DNA of 64,000 bases, from positions 71,643,003 to 71,707,002 of the forward strand of contig NC_083403.1 in assembly GCF_020745735.1 (NCBI RefSeq), given 5' to 3'. The notes below the pieces were generated by a model. It was not told the DNA's origin, made no database searches, and saw nothing but the letters and a program-made list of their open reading frames with translations. This stretch comes from Hemiscyllium ocellatum. Its lineage: Eukaryota. Shown piece after piece: positions 48,101 through 59,670 of this stretch (positions are counted from its first letter, which is position 1; the number at the start of each line of letters is the position of its first letter). The position numbers and the translations under genes are program-made.

Positions 48101-50105
48101 AGTGATGCCCATGGAGGTGAAAGTGACATCATATGTGATGCAAGTGACATTGCAAACAGAGTTCCAGCATGTGATGGCATTGGTGGCGGAAGTGACGCCG
48201 GCGATGGAGTCATCCGTGTCCAGGTGAATGAAATATTTGGGGGCAGAAGTGGCTGCGGCGATGGCAACTGTGGGGGTAGAATGCCGTACAGAGTAGGTAT
48301 CACATCTGTGCCAGTGGCAGTGTGTCTCACAGTGGCAGTGGATCCTGTGGTAGTCATGGAGGCGGTAGTCAACTTGCAGATGCCTCCCCCTACTGCCCCC
48401 TTAACCACACTTCAGGGAATCTCCCATGCACAGCCTCCAAACTCATCATCCATGAACCCCTCACTGTACAATTCTACCTCCTACTGAAGATTCACAAACC
48501 TGACTTTCCCGGTCCTGTCCCACTGAACTCATCTCCACACACCTTGACGCTACCCTGTCCCGCTTAGTTCAGGAACATCCCACCTACATTCAGGACACCA
48601 CCAATGCCCTTCATCTCCTCAAAGACCTTTGTTTCTCTGGCTCCCAACACCTTATCTTCACCATGAACATCCAATCCCTGTGCACATCAATCCACCATGA
48701 CTGTCTGGCTGAACTGGTCTTCACCCTCAACAACTTCTCCTTCCAATTATCCAACTTCCTCCAAACCAAAGGGGTAGCCATGGGCACCAACATGGGCCCC
48801 AGCTATGCCTGCCTTTTTGTCAGGTGCATGGAACAGTCCATCTTCTGCAGCTACACTGGCACAACCTGTGACCTCTTCCTCCATTACACTGATGACTGTA
48901 TTGGCGCCACCTCATGTTCCCATGAGGAGGTTGAACAGTTCACCAACTTCATTAATACTTTTCACCCCAACCTCAAATCTACCTGGACCATCTCAGGCAC
49001 CTCAATCCCCTTTCTGGACTTCTCTATCTCCATTTCCAGTGACCAACTAACCACGGACATCTACTACAAACCCATGGACTCCCACAGTTGCCTCTTCCCA
49101 ACCTGCCTCCTGTAAAATCACCATCCCTTATTCTTAATTCCTCAGTTTCTGCTACATCTGTTTGTAGGATGATCAATTCTACCTTAGAAAATCCAAGATG
49201 GCCTTTTTATTCAAAGATTGCAATTTCCCCTCCTTCGTGGTTGATAATGCCCTCTAGCAGATCTCCTCCACTTCCTACACCCCTGCCCTTTAACCCGTCC
49301 CAATGCTAGAAGGAAAGAAACCCCTGGTCCTCAACTTTCACCCCACCTCCATATACAACGTATCATCCTCCACCACTTCCATCAGCTACAAACAGACCCC
49401 ACCACTACGGACATATTTCCCTCCCCACCCCTATTAGTGTTCCAGATGGACCATTCCCTCCCTGTTTCCCTCGTCAGATCCACACTCCGCACCCTCAACC
49501 AGCCCATACCTCACTCCTGGCACCTTCTCCTGCCACCACAAGAAATGCAAAACCTGTGTCCACACTCCCCCTCACCTCTGTCCAACGCCCCAAAGGATTC
49601 TTCTACATCCAACAGAAATTTACCTATACGTCCACCAATGTCATCTGATATGGTTCCCTCTACATCGGAGAGACTGGACACCAACTTGTGGATCTGTTTC
49701 AGAGAATATCTCTGGGACACCGCATCAACCAACCCCACTGTCCTGTGGCTGAACACTTCAACTCCCCCCCTTCCCACTCTGCCAAGGACATGCATGTCCT
49801 GGTCCTCCTCCATTGCCAAGCCTTTACCACCCAACGTCTGGAGGAAGAACGCCTCATATTCCGCCTTGGGATCCTACAATCACATGGGATCAATGTGGAT
49901 TTCACCAGTTTCCTCATTTCCCCTCACCCTATGTTATCCCAGTCCCAAGCCTCCAACTTAGCACCGCCCTCTTGACCTGTCCATCACCTTTCCCATCTAT
50001 CCGCTCCATCCTCCTCTCCAACCTATCACCTTCTCCCCCACTTTCACCTACCTATCACATTCTCAGCTACCTCCCTCCCAACCATAGTCCCACCGCGTTC
50101 TCGAT
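45200..50105. mobile_element. 4.9-kb inverted Neptune-type PLE (left arm (-) 45200-~48380, right arm (+) ~48381-50105)
   Basis: TSD TCCTTATTAAAAAT at 45186-45199 and 50106-50119. RT motifs MDIQSLYTSI..GMGT.MGPSYACLF..YTDDC on both arms (46382..46882 -, 48663..49115 +). ADKGGTVVVW at ~47290, GIY-YIG at 45600-45850 and 49620-49900, pLTR plus tail at 45200-45330. Confidence 0.95.
47810..48125. repeat. 33-bp minisatellite with a 99-bp higher-order duplication inside the PLE
   Basis: Units GTGCCCATGG..AAAGTGGGGCCTACAGC. 47874-47972 is repeated almost exactly at 47973-48071. Confidence 0.92.
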
Positions 50106-50149
50106 TCCTTATTAAAAATAAGTAAATGTGGACTAGAAGAAATGTATCT

Positions 50150-52545
50150 TGCAAGGGAAAGGATACTTTTTAAAATAAGCTTGTTGCATCAGTTGAAGGA
50201 GTGGGTAAATAAAGAAAGGAGCCAGTTCTCCTCTGCTCATTCTGGAGCTTAACACTTTCTGAGATTCCATCTGGAACTGTGATAAGATGGGGAACATGGC
50301 CTGGGATTTGGTTATAACAATTGTAAAAACAAAATATGATTGCATTTTATGTCTAATTTGAAAGGAAGAAGAGTGAGTCTAGAACTACTATTTTAAACTT
50401 AAATAAGGGAAACTATTTGGCATGAAATCTGAAAAAGCTTAAGCGAACTGGAATACTTATCTGAGAGATACCTAATAGAGAAGCAATAGCAGATCTTTAA
50501 AGGGATATTTCCAAAAATTCAGAATACATATGTTCCTACAGTTAAGAAAAAAATCTAAGTGCAAAATCTGTATTCATAGTTCACTGAAGAAGTTATGGCG
50601 AGCATCAAACATATAATTGCTCAAAGATGTGTGGCACGTTTGATGATTAGGTAAAGTATAAATAACAGCAGAGAGTGACTAAAAGATTAATCAAGAGAAT
50701 GAAATTTCAGCATGAGAGGAAGTTGGGTTAAAATGCAAAAGAAAATTCTCCAAGACCTTCTATGGGGTGATGGTTTGGAAATGAAAAGAATAATTAAAGT
50801 AAGTGAGTGGGTTTAAGGAGTTTACTATTAAATTATAAGGAAATAGTTGCTAAAATTATCAAACACTTTGCTTCTGTCTCCACTATAGAAATTCAAAAAT
50901 AAATCCATAAGTGGTCTTAATCATAATGTGTATGGAAGACAAATATTTTGAAATTATAATCATGAAGAAGCAACACTGAAAATTGATGGAGTTGTAGATT
51001 GACAGATTCCAGGTCCAGATGAACTTCAGCCAAGGATCTTAAAAGAAGTGGCTAATGTACAAGTTGATGCATTGGTGTTAACTTTTGAAAAGCCACTAGA
51101 TTCATAGAGAAGTTTAATCAGACAAGACAGCTTCTCTATTCAAATAGGGAAGGTTGCACTAAGTAAGAAACTGTGGCAGTCTAACTTAACATCTGTTATG
51201 GGGAAGGTGCTAGATTTAGACATTAAGAAAGTTGTAACTGGTGACATAGAAGTGGTCAAAGTAATCAGGAAGAGTCAGCATGGTCTTATGAAAGATAAGT
51301 CATGTTTAATCAATTTACTGTAGTCCTTTGAAGGTGTAACATGCACTGTGGATAAATAGGAGCTTGTGAATATACAGTACTGAATTTCCAGAAAACATTT
51401 GACAAGGTTCCACATGGAACATGATTGTGCAAAGTAGGAGTTCCTGATAAAGTAGTTAAGATATAAACATGGATCGAACATGGGATTGCTACGAAAAGTT
51501 GGTGAGTATGCATACATGGAAATTTTTTCTCACAAACAGGATATAATGTAACGTGGAATCCTTGCAGGGGTCTGTGTTGTGGTCTGATATTTTACAATTT
51601 GTCTCAACAACATAACTGAAAGCAGAGTCACAAATTTTCAAATGACACAAGAAGAGATGGGAAGGTTTGTTGTAAAGAAGACATGAGGAAGATGCAGATG
51701 GATGTAGATAGATTGAGTGATTAGGTAAAAAGAAATCTGTCAGTTGCATTATAGTATGAGAAAATGCGAAGTTGTTCACTCGCAGGAAGTACATAAACAT
51801 AGAGTATTACTTAAACAGAACAATTGCAGAAATACATTTCAGAGGAATCTTGGTGTTCTTAGGCATGAATCACAAAAATGTATATGCAGGTATGGCAAAT
51901 ATTAATTGGGCCAATGGAACACCACCCTTTACTATAAGAGGAATTGAACATAAAAATAAGAATCTAATGCTTTAATGATATATAGCACTAGGGCAAGCCC
52001 ACCTTGAATACTGCACAAAGTATTGGTCTCTTTATTTAAGGACAAATGTAAATGCATTGGAGTTGTTTTAGAAGAGGTTTACTAAATCGATACCTGGAGT
52101 AAGCAGGTTGTTGAATGAGGAAAGATTTAATAGACTGGTCAATTTTTCATTTGAGATTGGAAGAATAAGATGTGACTTGATTGAAGAATGAGAGATCCTG
52201 AATGGCCTTGGCCCAGTGTATGTGCTTTAAAATTAAGGATCAGAGTGGAGAGGTTGAAATGTTTTTTCTCTAAGAGGCCTGTGCAACTTTGGAATTCTTT
52301 ACCTCAGAAGGTGGTAGAGGTGGGTCATTGAATATTTTTAAGGCAAATGTTGGTAGATTCCTGCCAGGCAAGGGAATCATATTGATCCAGAATAGGTGAA
52401 AATGTGGAACTCAAAACAGAAACAGATCAGCCATGATTTTATTGAGTGACAGAGCTGGACGGGGCCAAACTTTCTACTCCTAATTTCAGAGGGTCGGTGT
52501 GGACCAAATGAACTGTTTCCACATTGTATGATTTCTATGATTCTA
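50150..52545 (+). mobile_element. Old, heavily decayed CR1 ORF2 and 3' end
   Basis: PGPDELQPRILKEVA at ~51010, SQHGLMKDKSCLINLL at ~51275, and a CR1 3'UTR. Confidence 0.85.
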
Positions 52546-53060
52546 ATTCATATGTTTGTACATTCTCATGCATCAAAGTCACAGTGATCTTGCACAAGCA
52601 GAATGAGTAAAAGGAAAAGTAGTCATGTATCATGGACCACATCATGCTGAGGGTGACTGTAAGGCAGGCTTTCACTAAACACCTCAGCAGCTTGGTAAGA
52701 GTAACTTGAATTGGTCAAGACTTCAAATGGAAAACAAATATCTTATTCCTGGTATTTCATCATAGATCAGTACTTCCGTATTGGATGTTTGGCCAGTTTA
52801 ACCTAGCAGCTGTATTAGTATTGTTGTGGTTAGGAAGGAGGTGAGGGAGAAGACGAAGCAATGCCTAGTGCCAATAAAAACCACAGACAAGAGTCTTTGG
52901 GGGCTGCAGTGTTGGACAGAGAAGCAGCAGCTGAAGAAAGGAAGCAGGGTCTTCAGCAACATCCCAGAGTATATGAAAATAAGGTGTACCCAATGTGTTG
53001 CAACCACTTGTAGGTGAGTGAATGGCATTGCTGGAGCTGTCTTTGCATGACCGGTAACTA

Positions 53061-53606
53061 GGAGATAGTGAGGACTGCAGATGCTGGAGATCAGAATAGT
53101 GAGTGTGGTGCTGGAAAAGCACAGCAGATGTGGCAGCATCCGAGGAGCAGGAGAATTGACGTTTTGGGCATAAGCCCTTCATCAGGAATGAAACTTATGG
53201 GCCAGTGGGCTGAGAGATAAATTGGTGGGGGGGTGAGGTTGGTGGGAATGTAGCTGAGAATGCAATAGGGAGATGGAGGTGGGAGTGAATGTGAGAGGTC
53301 AGAGAGGAGGGTGGAGCAGATAGATAGGAAAGGTGATGCACAGGTCAAGACAGAGGTGAGGTGTTGGAAAGTTGGATCTGGGATAAGGTGGGGGCAGGGG
53401 AAACTGGTGAAATCCGCATTGATCCTATGTGATTTCAGGGCCCCAAGGTAGCCTTGGATGGAGGTGAGGGGGTAGGTGTGAGCACAGTTTGTGTACTTAC
53501 TGCGGTGGCAGGGGAAGGTGCTGAAAGTGGGGTGTGGGCTGGTGGTGAGGAGTGGGAGGCATGGATCTGATGAGGGAGTTGAGGAAGGAATGGTCTGGGA
53601 AAACAT
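53061..53606 (-). mobile_element. Neptune-type PLE 3' fragment with pLTR and tail
   Basis: Tail at 53061. Hammerhead (reverse complement CATTCCTGATGAAGGGCTTATGCCCaAAACGTC) at 53158-53190. Cys linker with the GIY-YIG deleted. Confidence 0.9.
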
Positions 53607-53611
53607 GACTG

Positions 53612-55880
53612 AGTGGTATTCACCTTATCCATGCCTCTCATGATCTTATACACTTCTATAAGGTCCCCCAGTTTCCTACACTCTTTAAAAAAATGGTCCT
53701 AGCTTGTCCAACCTTTCCCTAAAACTCAGACCCTTGAGTCTGGCAGCAATCTTGTAAAATTCTTCTGCACTCTTTCTAGTTTAATAACATCCTTCCTGAG
53801 GAAGGTGACCAAAACTGAACACAATACTCCAAGTGTGGACTGTATAACTACAACTTAACTTCCCAACTTCTCTACTCGTTGGCCTGACTAATGAAAGCCA
53901 GGTGCCAAAAACTTTCACACTGCCTCGTCTACCTGTGACTCCACTTTCAGAAAACTGAACCTGAACTCTGAGATCCATATGTTCCACTACACTCCTTAAG
54001 GTCCTACCATTCACCATGAAACTCCTACCTTGATATGACTTTCTAAAATGCAAGGCCTCACACCTATCCATATTTAACTCCATTTGTCATTTTTCAGCCC
54101 ACTTCCTCAGCTGATCAAGGTCCTGCAGCAGTTTCTGATAACGTTTCCCACTGTCCACAATGCCTTCTATTTTAGTGTCATCTGCAAACTTATTAATCAT
54201 GCCTTGTACATTCTCATCCAAATCATTGTTGGAGATAACAAACAGCAATGGAACCCTGAGGCACACCACTAGCCACAGGCCCCCAGTCTGATGAACATCC
54301 TTCCACTATTACCCTCTGCTTCCTACATCAAACCAATTGTGTATCCAATTTGTCAGCTTTCCCTGGATTCCATGCCACTTCCTCAGCTGATCAAGGTTGC
54401 TTTCCAAAATGCAAGACTTCACACCTATCTATATTAAATTCCACTTGCCATTTCTTTTTGGTTGGTATGGGCCAGTTTGGGTGAAAAGGCCTGATTCTGT
54501 GCTGTAGCACTCTAACCTTCCAGAAGAGCCTACCATGTGGAAGCTTATCAGAGGCCTTACTGAAATCCATATAGACTACATCTATATTCCTGATGAAGGG
54601 CTTATGCTCAAAACATCGACTCTCCTCCTCCTCAAATACTGCCTGATCAGCTGTGCTTTTCCAGCATCACACTTTTGGACTATGTCTACCATCTTGTTCT
54701 GATCAACCTTTCTGGTCACTTCATCAAAACACTCTAACAAATTTTTGAGGCATGACCTCCCATTCACAAACCATGCTGACTACTCCTAATCAAACCCTAT
54801 CTTTCCAAATGCACGTGTATCTTATCCCTCAGAATCTTTCCAAGAATCTTACCTACCACAGGCATTAGATTTACTGGTCTATACTGGGCTTTTCTTTGCA
54901 GCCCTTCTTGAATAAGGGCACAACATTCACTACCCTCAAGTTTTCCAAGATCTCACCTGTGGCTAACAATGATGCAAAAATATCAGCCAGGGCCCCCGCA
55001 CTGTCTTCTCTAGTCTCTAGCAGTGTATTTGGATATATCTGGTCAGGACCAGGAGATCTATCCACTTTCATACATTCTAATGTATCCAACACCTCCTTTA
55101 CTGTAATATGAACTGTCCCCAAGATATGACCACTAACTTCCCCATGTTCCCAAGTCTTCATGTCTTTCTCCATGGTAAACATGGAGGAGAAATATTAATT
55201 GAGAACCTCACCCATCTCCTGTGGTTCTACTCATGCATGTCCACTTTGATCCTTGAGGGACCCAATTCTCTCTCTAATTATTCTTTTTTTCTTTAATATA
55301 CTTTAAGTGCCTCTTTGGATTCATCCTAATTTTCTCAGCCAAGGCTATCTCATGTCCCCCTTTCACCTTCCTGATTTCCTTTTTCAGTAAACTCTTTTAT
55401 TCCCTGTATACCTCCAGGGATTCCCTTGATCCCAGCTGCCTGTACCTGAATCACATCTCCTTCTTTTTCAGGTAAAAGCCTCAATATCTCTTGTCATCCA
55501 GAGTTCCCTATTCCTGCCAACCTTGACCTTTATCCTCACAGGAATATATAGACCTTGAATCTAGCTATCTCACTTTTAAAGGCCTCTCACTTGTCAGAGG
55601 TCCCTTTGCTTGCAAGCAAACTACTCCAATCAACCCCCGCAAGCTCTTGTCTAATTCCATCAAAATTCACTTTGCCCCAATTTAGAATTTGAAGCTATGG
55701 CCCAGTTTTCACCCTCTCCATAAGTATTTAAAAATTATTAGAACTGTGGTCACAGGTCCAAAAGTGTTCCCCGACAGTCACTTGCATCACCTGTCCTGCC
55801 CTATTTCCCAAGAGTAGGTCAAGTTTTGCCCCTTCCTGAGGAGAACCCTTTATATTTGAGGGAACTTTCCTGAATACTCA
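53612..55880 (-). mobile_element. CR1 ORF2 fragment
   Basis: INKFADDTK (54087..54269), SPGPDQIYP..NVVPLFKKG (54871..55182) and MELNMDRCEALHF. Confidence 0.93.
54585..54677 (+). mobile_element. 93-bp solo tail-less PLE hammerhead unit nested in CR1
   Basis: Starts ATTCCTGATGAAGGGCTTATG. TSD GACTA(CA/TG)TCTA at 54574-54584 and 54678-54688, consistent with reciprocal decay of one CpG. Confidence 0.88.
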
Positions 55881-58800
55881 ATCCTTTCAAATCTTAACCA
55901 GAGATGTTTATAGCATTTCCCAATAGACAGTCTACAAGTGCAATCTTGTGAATTAACTGATGCTCTCTCCAAGAAAGCAATGCAGTTTATTCAGTTTATC
56001 ATGGATCCAGGGAGCTAAAGTACCCAACTAAGGAATTTTCAGCCTTTGTTAGGAGCCATTGATTGTTAACATTGTTTGTACATTGGTGGTGCTCGGAGCT
56101 GTCTGCCATCATTCAGCTTCATTCGCAAACAGGAAGGGATTTCGGTACTCAGTGTTGTGCTATGTTGTGATCACAAATGACAATTCCTATGGGTCTGTGC
56201 CTGCTACCCAGGGAGCTGTCACATCACCTCCAATCTGCATCTCCAATCCCAGGTTTCCTGAAGTTCGCTCCCTCATATCTAAGGCTGGCCATTGAGTGAC
56301 ATGGGGTACACATAGAAAGCATGGCTAATGACTCCATTATGTAACCCTCAGACTGATTTTGAACAGTACTAGACTGTTGTCCATACATCCATTACTAACA
56401 TAATTGAATAGGCAATGGTGTTCTGATGGTGTGGTTCTGATGCCCGGACTGCTCAAGAGGAACACTGCAGTACTCTCTGAGCAGGAGCTCCAGAATTATG
56501 ATTGCCCAAGATGATGGAGCAGGCAGAAGGAGCTGAATTAGCTACTTCTGCTTCTAGTTGTTATGTCCTTGCTGTGCCCTGCATGACCTAGCTCATTGAT
56601 GAAGTGATGATTTAGAAAAACATAAATGGAGCAACCATCTATATCTTCATATGAAGAAGAACAGAGTTGCTGAGGGAGCCTTTGCTAATAATGAGCATGC
56701 TGAAGAAGACAAGGCTGTACTGAGATGAGGCTGAGGGGCCTGAGAGAACCTGCGGGATAGTGGCTAGATTTGAGGATGAATGATTTTACAGTAACACTTG
56801 TGGATGATCAGGACTACAGCCAATTGCAATGCAAAAGTATTTCTGCCTTTGAGGGAATGCTTGCTTTGCAACTTTAAAGCATTAAGAGACTTTATTTTTC
56901 ATTAATTGTAAGTTTTTTTTCCCCTTTGGCATCAATAACCTGCGGCTCAGTATAGTGTCATGCAGATTTACCTGAAGGTCGTATGCTTATTTGGCACAAT
57001 CTTCAGTTTGCAAGGGGGATTCATCCAACATAGAGATATAAAAGGGTTAATCTTTGCTGATTAACTTCCAAACCCTAATCAATGGGCTTAAGTTCCAACA
57101 TTCCAGAGTTTATTTTCCAGATGGCAATAGGGACTAACAGCTCCAGTGATACTTACACTGTTCTACTTGCTTTGCATATTTGCATGTACAGTGTCTCCAT
57201 CTTTCAAAGTAATCTGCAAAGGAAATGTGAGTAGTTTGAACCATTGAAGATTGATAGAGACCACAAGACTGTTGTATAAGAAGTTTTATTTCTCTTAAGT
57301 GACAGGTTGAACAGAAAGTTGATGCCCATACACCCAAAGTGACTTCAATTTTGTTTGGTTCTACTTTCCCTCCTGGTATGACATTGGTGCCTCCCCACCT
57401 TCATCCCCCCTTAGCAGCTCCACCTCAACTTGAAGAAGCCTGCTGACTACTTTACCAGCTTACCTCAGACATCTTTGGTGAATGTGCTTTAGTCCGGGGT
57501 CTGGAAGGGTCTGGCATGCTGAGATCTTCTACTGAGGTCCCCAGCATGACCTGATAGAGGGGAAATGGCTCAGCAGGGTATTTTAAAGTGAAAATGCCCA
57601 GGGACCAATCTGTGTTTCCTCTTCCCTACCCTGTGTACTTCTGTGATCAACAGAATGTGACCTGAAGTGTTCTCTAGCTGAATTACCTAACAAAGTGAGT
57701 GTCTTTGCCCTGGTGCAGGATTGGGAGGAAGGCAATTGTTGGAGGCTTCCTAATGAGATGGTGATAGATATGCAATCGCCCCTTCAGCACAGCCATGTTT
57801 TCCCTCAACTTCTGCCAGCTCCCTGAAGGAGAACAGGAAGCTTAAGTCAGGCTCCTCATTCCATACCTGGACATATTTGTGTTTATTGGGCAAATTCATC
57901 TCCTGCAGAAAAAGTACCTCAAGCAACGTTAGCAGAGGTTCATGAGTATGATATCAGTATTGACAGAAATGGAGACCGTTGTCAATTTCCAAAGCTATAA
58001 TTGGCCATGCGCATTTTGTGTTAGATGAATGTGGTATCAGAGAAGTTAGGTGTTAAAGATTTTACAACCATATCTTTGATGACACTCCCTAATTCACTAT
58101 AATTCCTGTTGGGATAACTCAATCTGTTCAGCTTCCGGGTGAGGTGAAATAATCGATTCCCCCTTGTTAATCAGCCACCCCCTTGCTTGGCTGCAGCATG
58201 ATCAACTTAAAGACAATTCCTTCTCTCGCAGATACCTTAATCCCTGATCGAAATGAACTTATGTTCCAACAATAGCTAATTTAGAAAACCTTTCTTGCAC
58301 TAACAAAGAAGAGTGAGTTTATTAATTACTATATGTGAGAAGAATTAGTAATTCAACATACGTACACAAATTAGAAATAAGAGATGAGTTCTAAAAAAAT
58401 GAACATTAAAAAATTAGTTATCAGATCAGTTTCTGAATTGTTCATTAAGGGCAGATAAGACAATGGTGGTGCTATTATTGACATAGACATTTGAATAGAT
58501 ATTGGTGAATATTTTTGATTGTATAGTTTGAAAGAAGTTCCTTTACCCTGATTTCTTTTTCTCACTGGCTCTTCCTTGACCTGCAATACAGGGATAATTC
58601 TTTGATCATCACCTTCATGGCACATCAATGTTGAAACCCAGGCTGGGAGCCCCACTGATCGAATCCAGTAGGGTTGAAACTGCCTTTTTAACTTCTGTCT
58701 TTAAGTGTTCTTCAAAAGAATAAACACAAAACGTGTCTGCAGTTGGAACTTAATTTGCAGGAGGTCATCATCTCCTCATTATCTTTGTAATCAGAAGAGA

Positions 58801-59519
58801 TCATAGCCTCTCAATTTGAAATTTCTTTCAAACTTTATGTATTATATCTCATTAGGCTCTCTATCTCTAGATGGCCAATTACATCTGCAGCCAATATTGT
58901 CTTCATCAAGAATCAGAATAAAAACACATTTTTGGAATTAAGGCTAAAAATGTCATTGTATTTTGGTTTCTGACACATTGTAACACTTCCCCTGCCAGGT
59001 AAATGAAATGAGAATCATTCTCATTTTGTTACAAAATGTGAAATACTGTTGAATAAATAAAACAACTTAAAGGGACAGCGTTACTTGCAGACACTCGTGC
59101 TCTCCTAGCCTCAGTCGATATTATCTTTTCAATTATAACTGAATCTCTTTCAATTCTGGACAGACGTCTGCAACTACATTTGATTTCGCAGCAATGTGGG
59201 CGATTTAAAATGACACGTTAAAGGAACTATCTCGAAAGGAATAATGTATTATTCTATTTCTTAATTGTTTCTGCAAAAGGTAGCAGGTTGTGGTCAGGAT
59301 AGACTGGGATCTTTTTATCCTTCTTTCACACATGTACCTCACAAAGTCTGAGAGATGGTATTAAAATAAGAGTTTCCTTCTCTATTGTGGAATACTGTCT
59401 CTGTTGCTTGTTTGATTTTTGAAAAAGTACCAGATTGGTCTCTCTCTCTCCCTCTCTCTTCTGCAATTACTTTCTTCGAGGGGAACAGCACCTCTTCTGA
59501 TGTCACTCACATCGATGGC

Positions 59520-59670
59520 TACCTTAAACAAAGTAGCCCTGATTAGGGTGGCTGGCCTCCTCTACCTGGGGGACAAGGATGTTTCTCCTTTTCACCACCC
59601 CATCAACCAGGATCTCCAGATCTCCGTCCACAAAGCAAACTGCCAGTTTCGCCTTATCTATCACTTCTGG
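59520..59670 (-). pseudogene. Myb/SANT-like DNA-binding domain relic (Harbinger accessory ORF type)
   Basis: KLAVCFVDGDLEILVDGVVKRRNILVP in ORF 59524..59742 resembles the 'PRFS..LE.L...V..R..LF' Myb/SANT-like motif. Confidence 0.65.

Larger units (their letters stand above)
52800..56620 (+). pseudogene. Decayed PIF/Harbinger (HARBI1-like) transposase interrupted by nested PLE and CR1
   Basis: N-terminal KVYPMCCNHL*VSEWHCWSCLCM at 52980-53050. After the inserts come TDALSKKAMQFIQF, FANRKGF, CDHK..VCACYPGSCH, GWPLSDMGYT*KAWLMTPLCNPQT, TLQYS and CCALHDLA, in HARBI1 motif order. Confidence 0.8.

Noticed and set aside
47810-48125. Regular repeat array resembling CRISPR
   Set aside because: Units are contiguous 33-mers without unique spacers, there are no cas genes, and the context is a eukaryotic retroelement.
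46382-49115. Possible intact or domesticated reverse transcriptase
   Set aside because: Both RT copies are broken by stops, frameshifts and deletions.
58232-58312. Strong acceptor/donor pair around 81 nt on (+)
   Set aside because: Stops in all three frames. It could only be non-coding, which cannot be shown from sequence.
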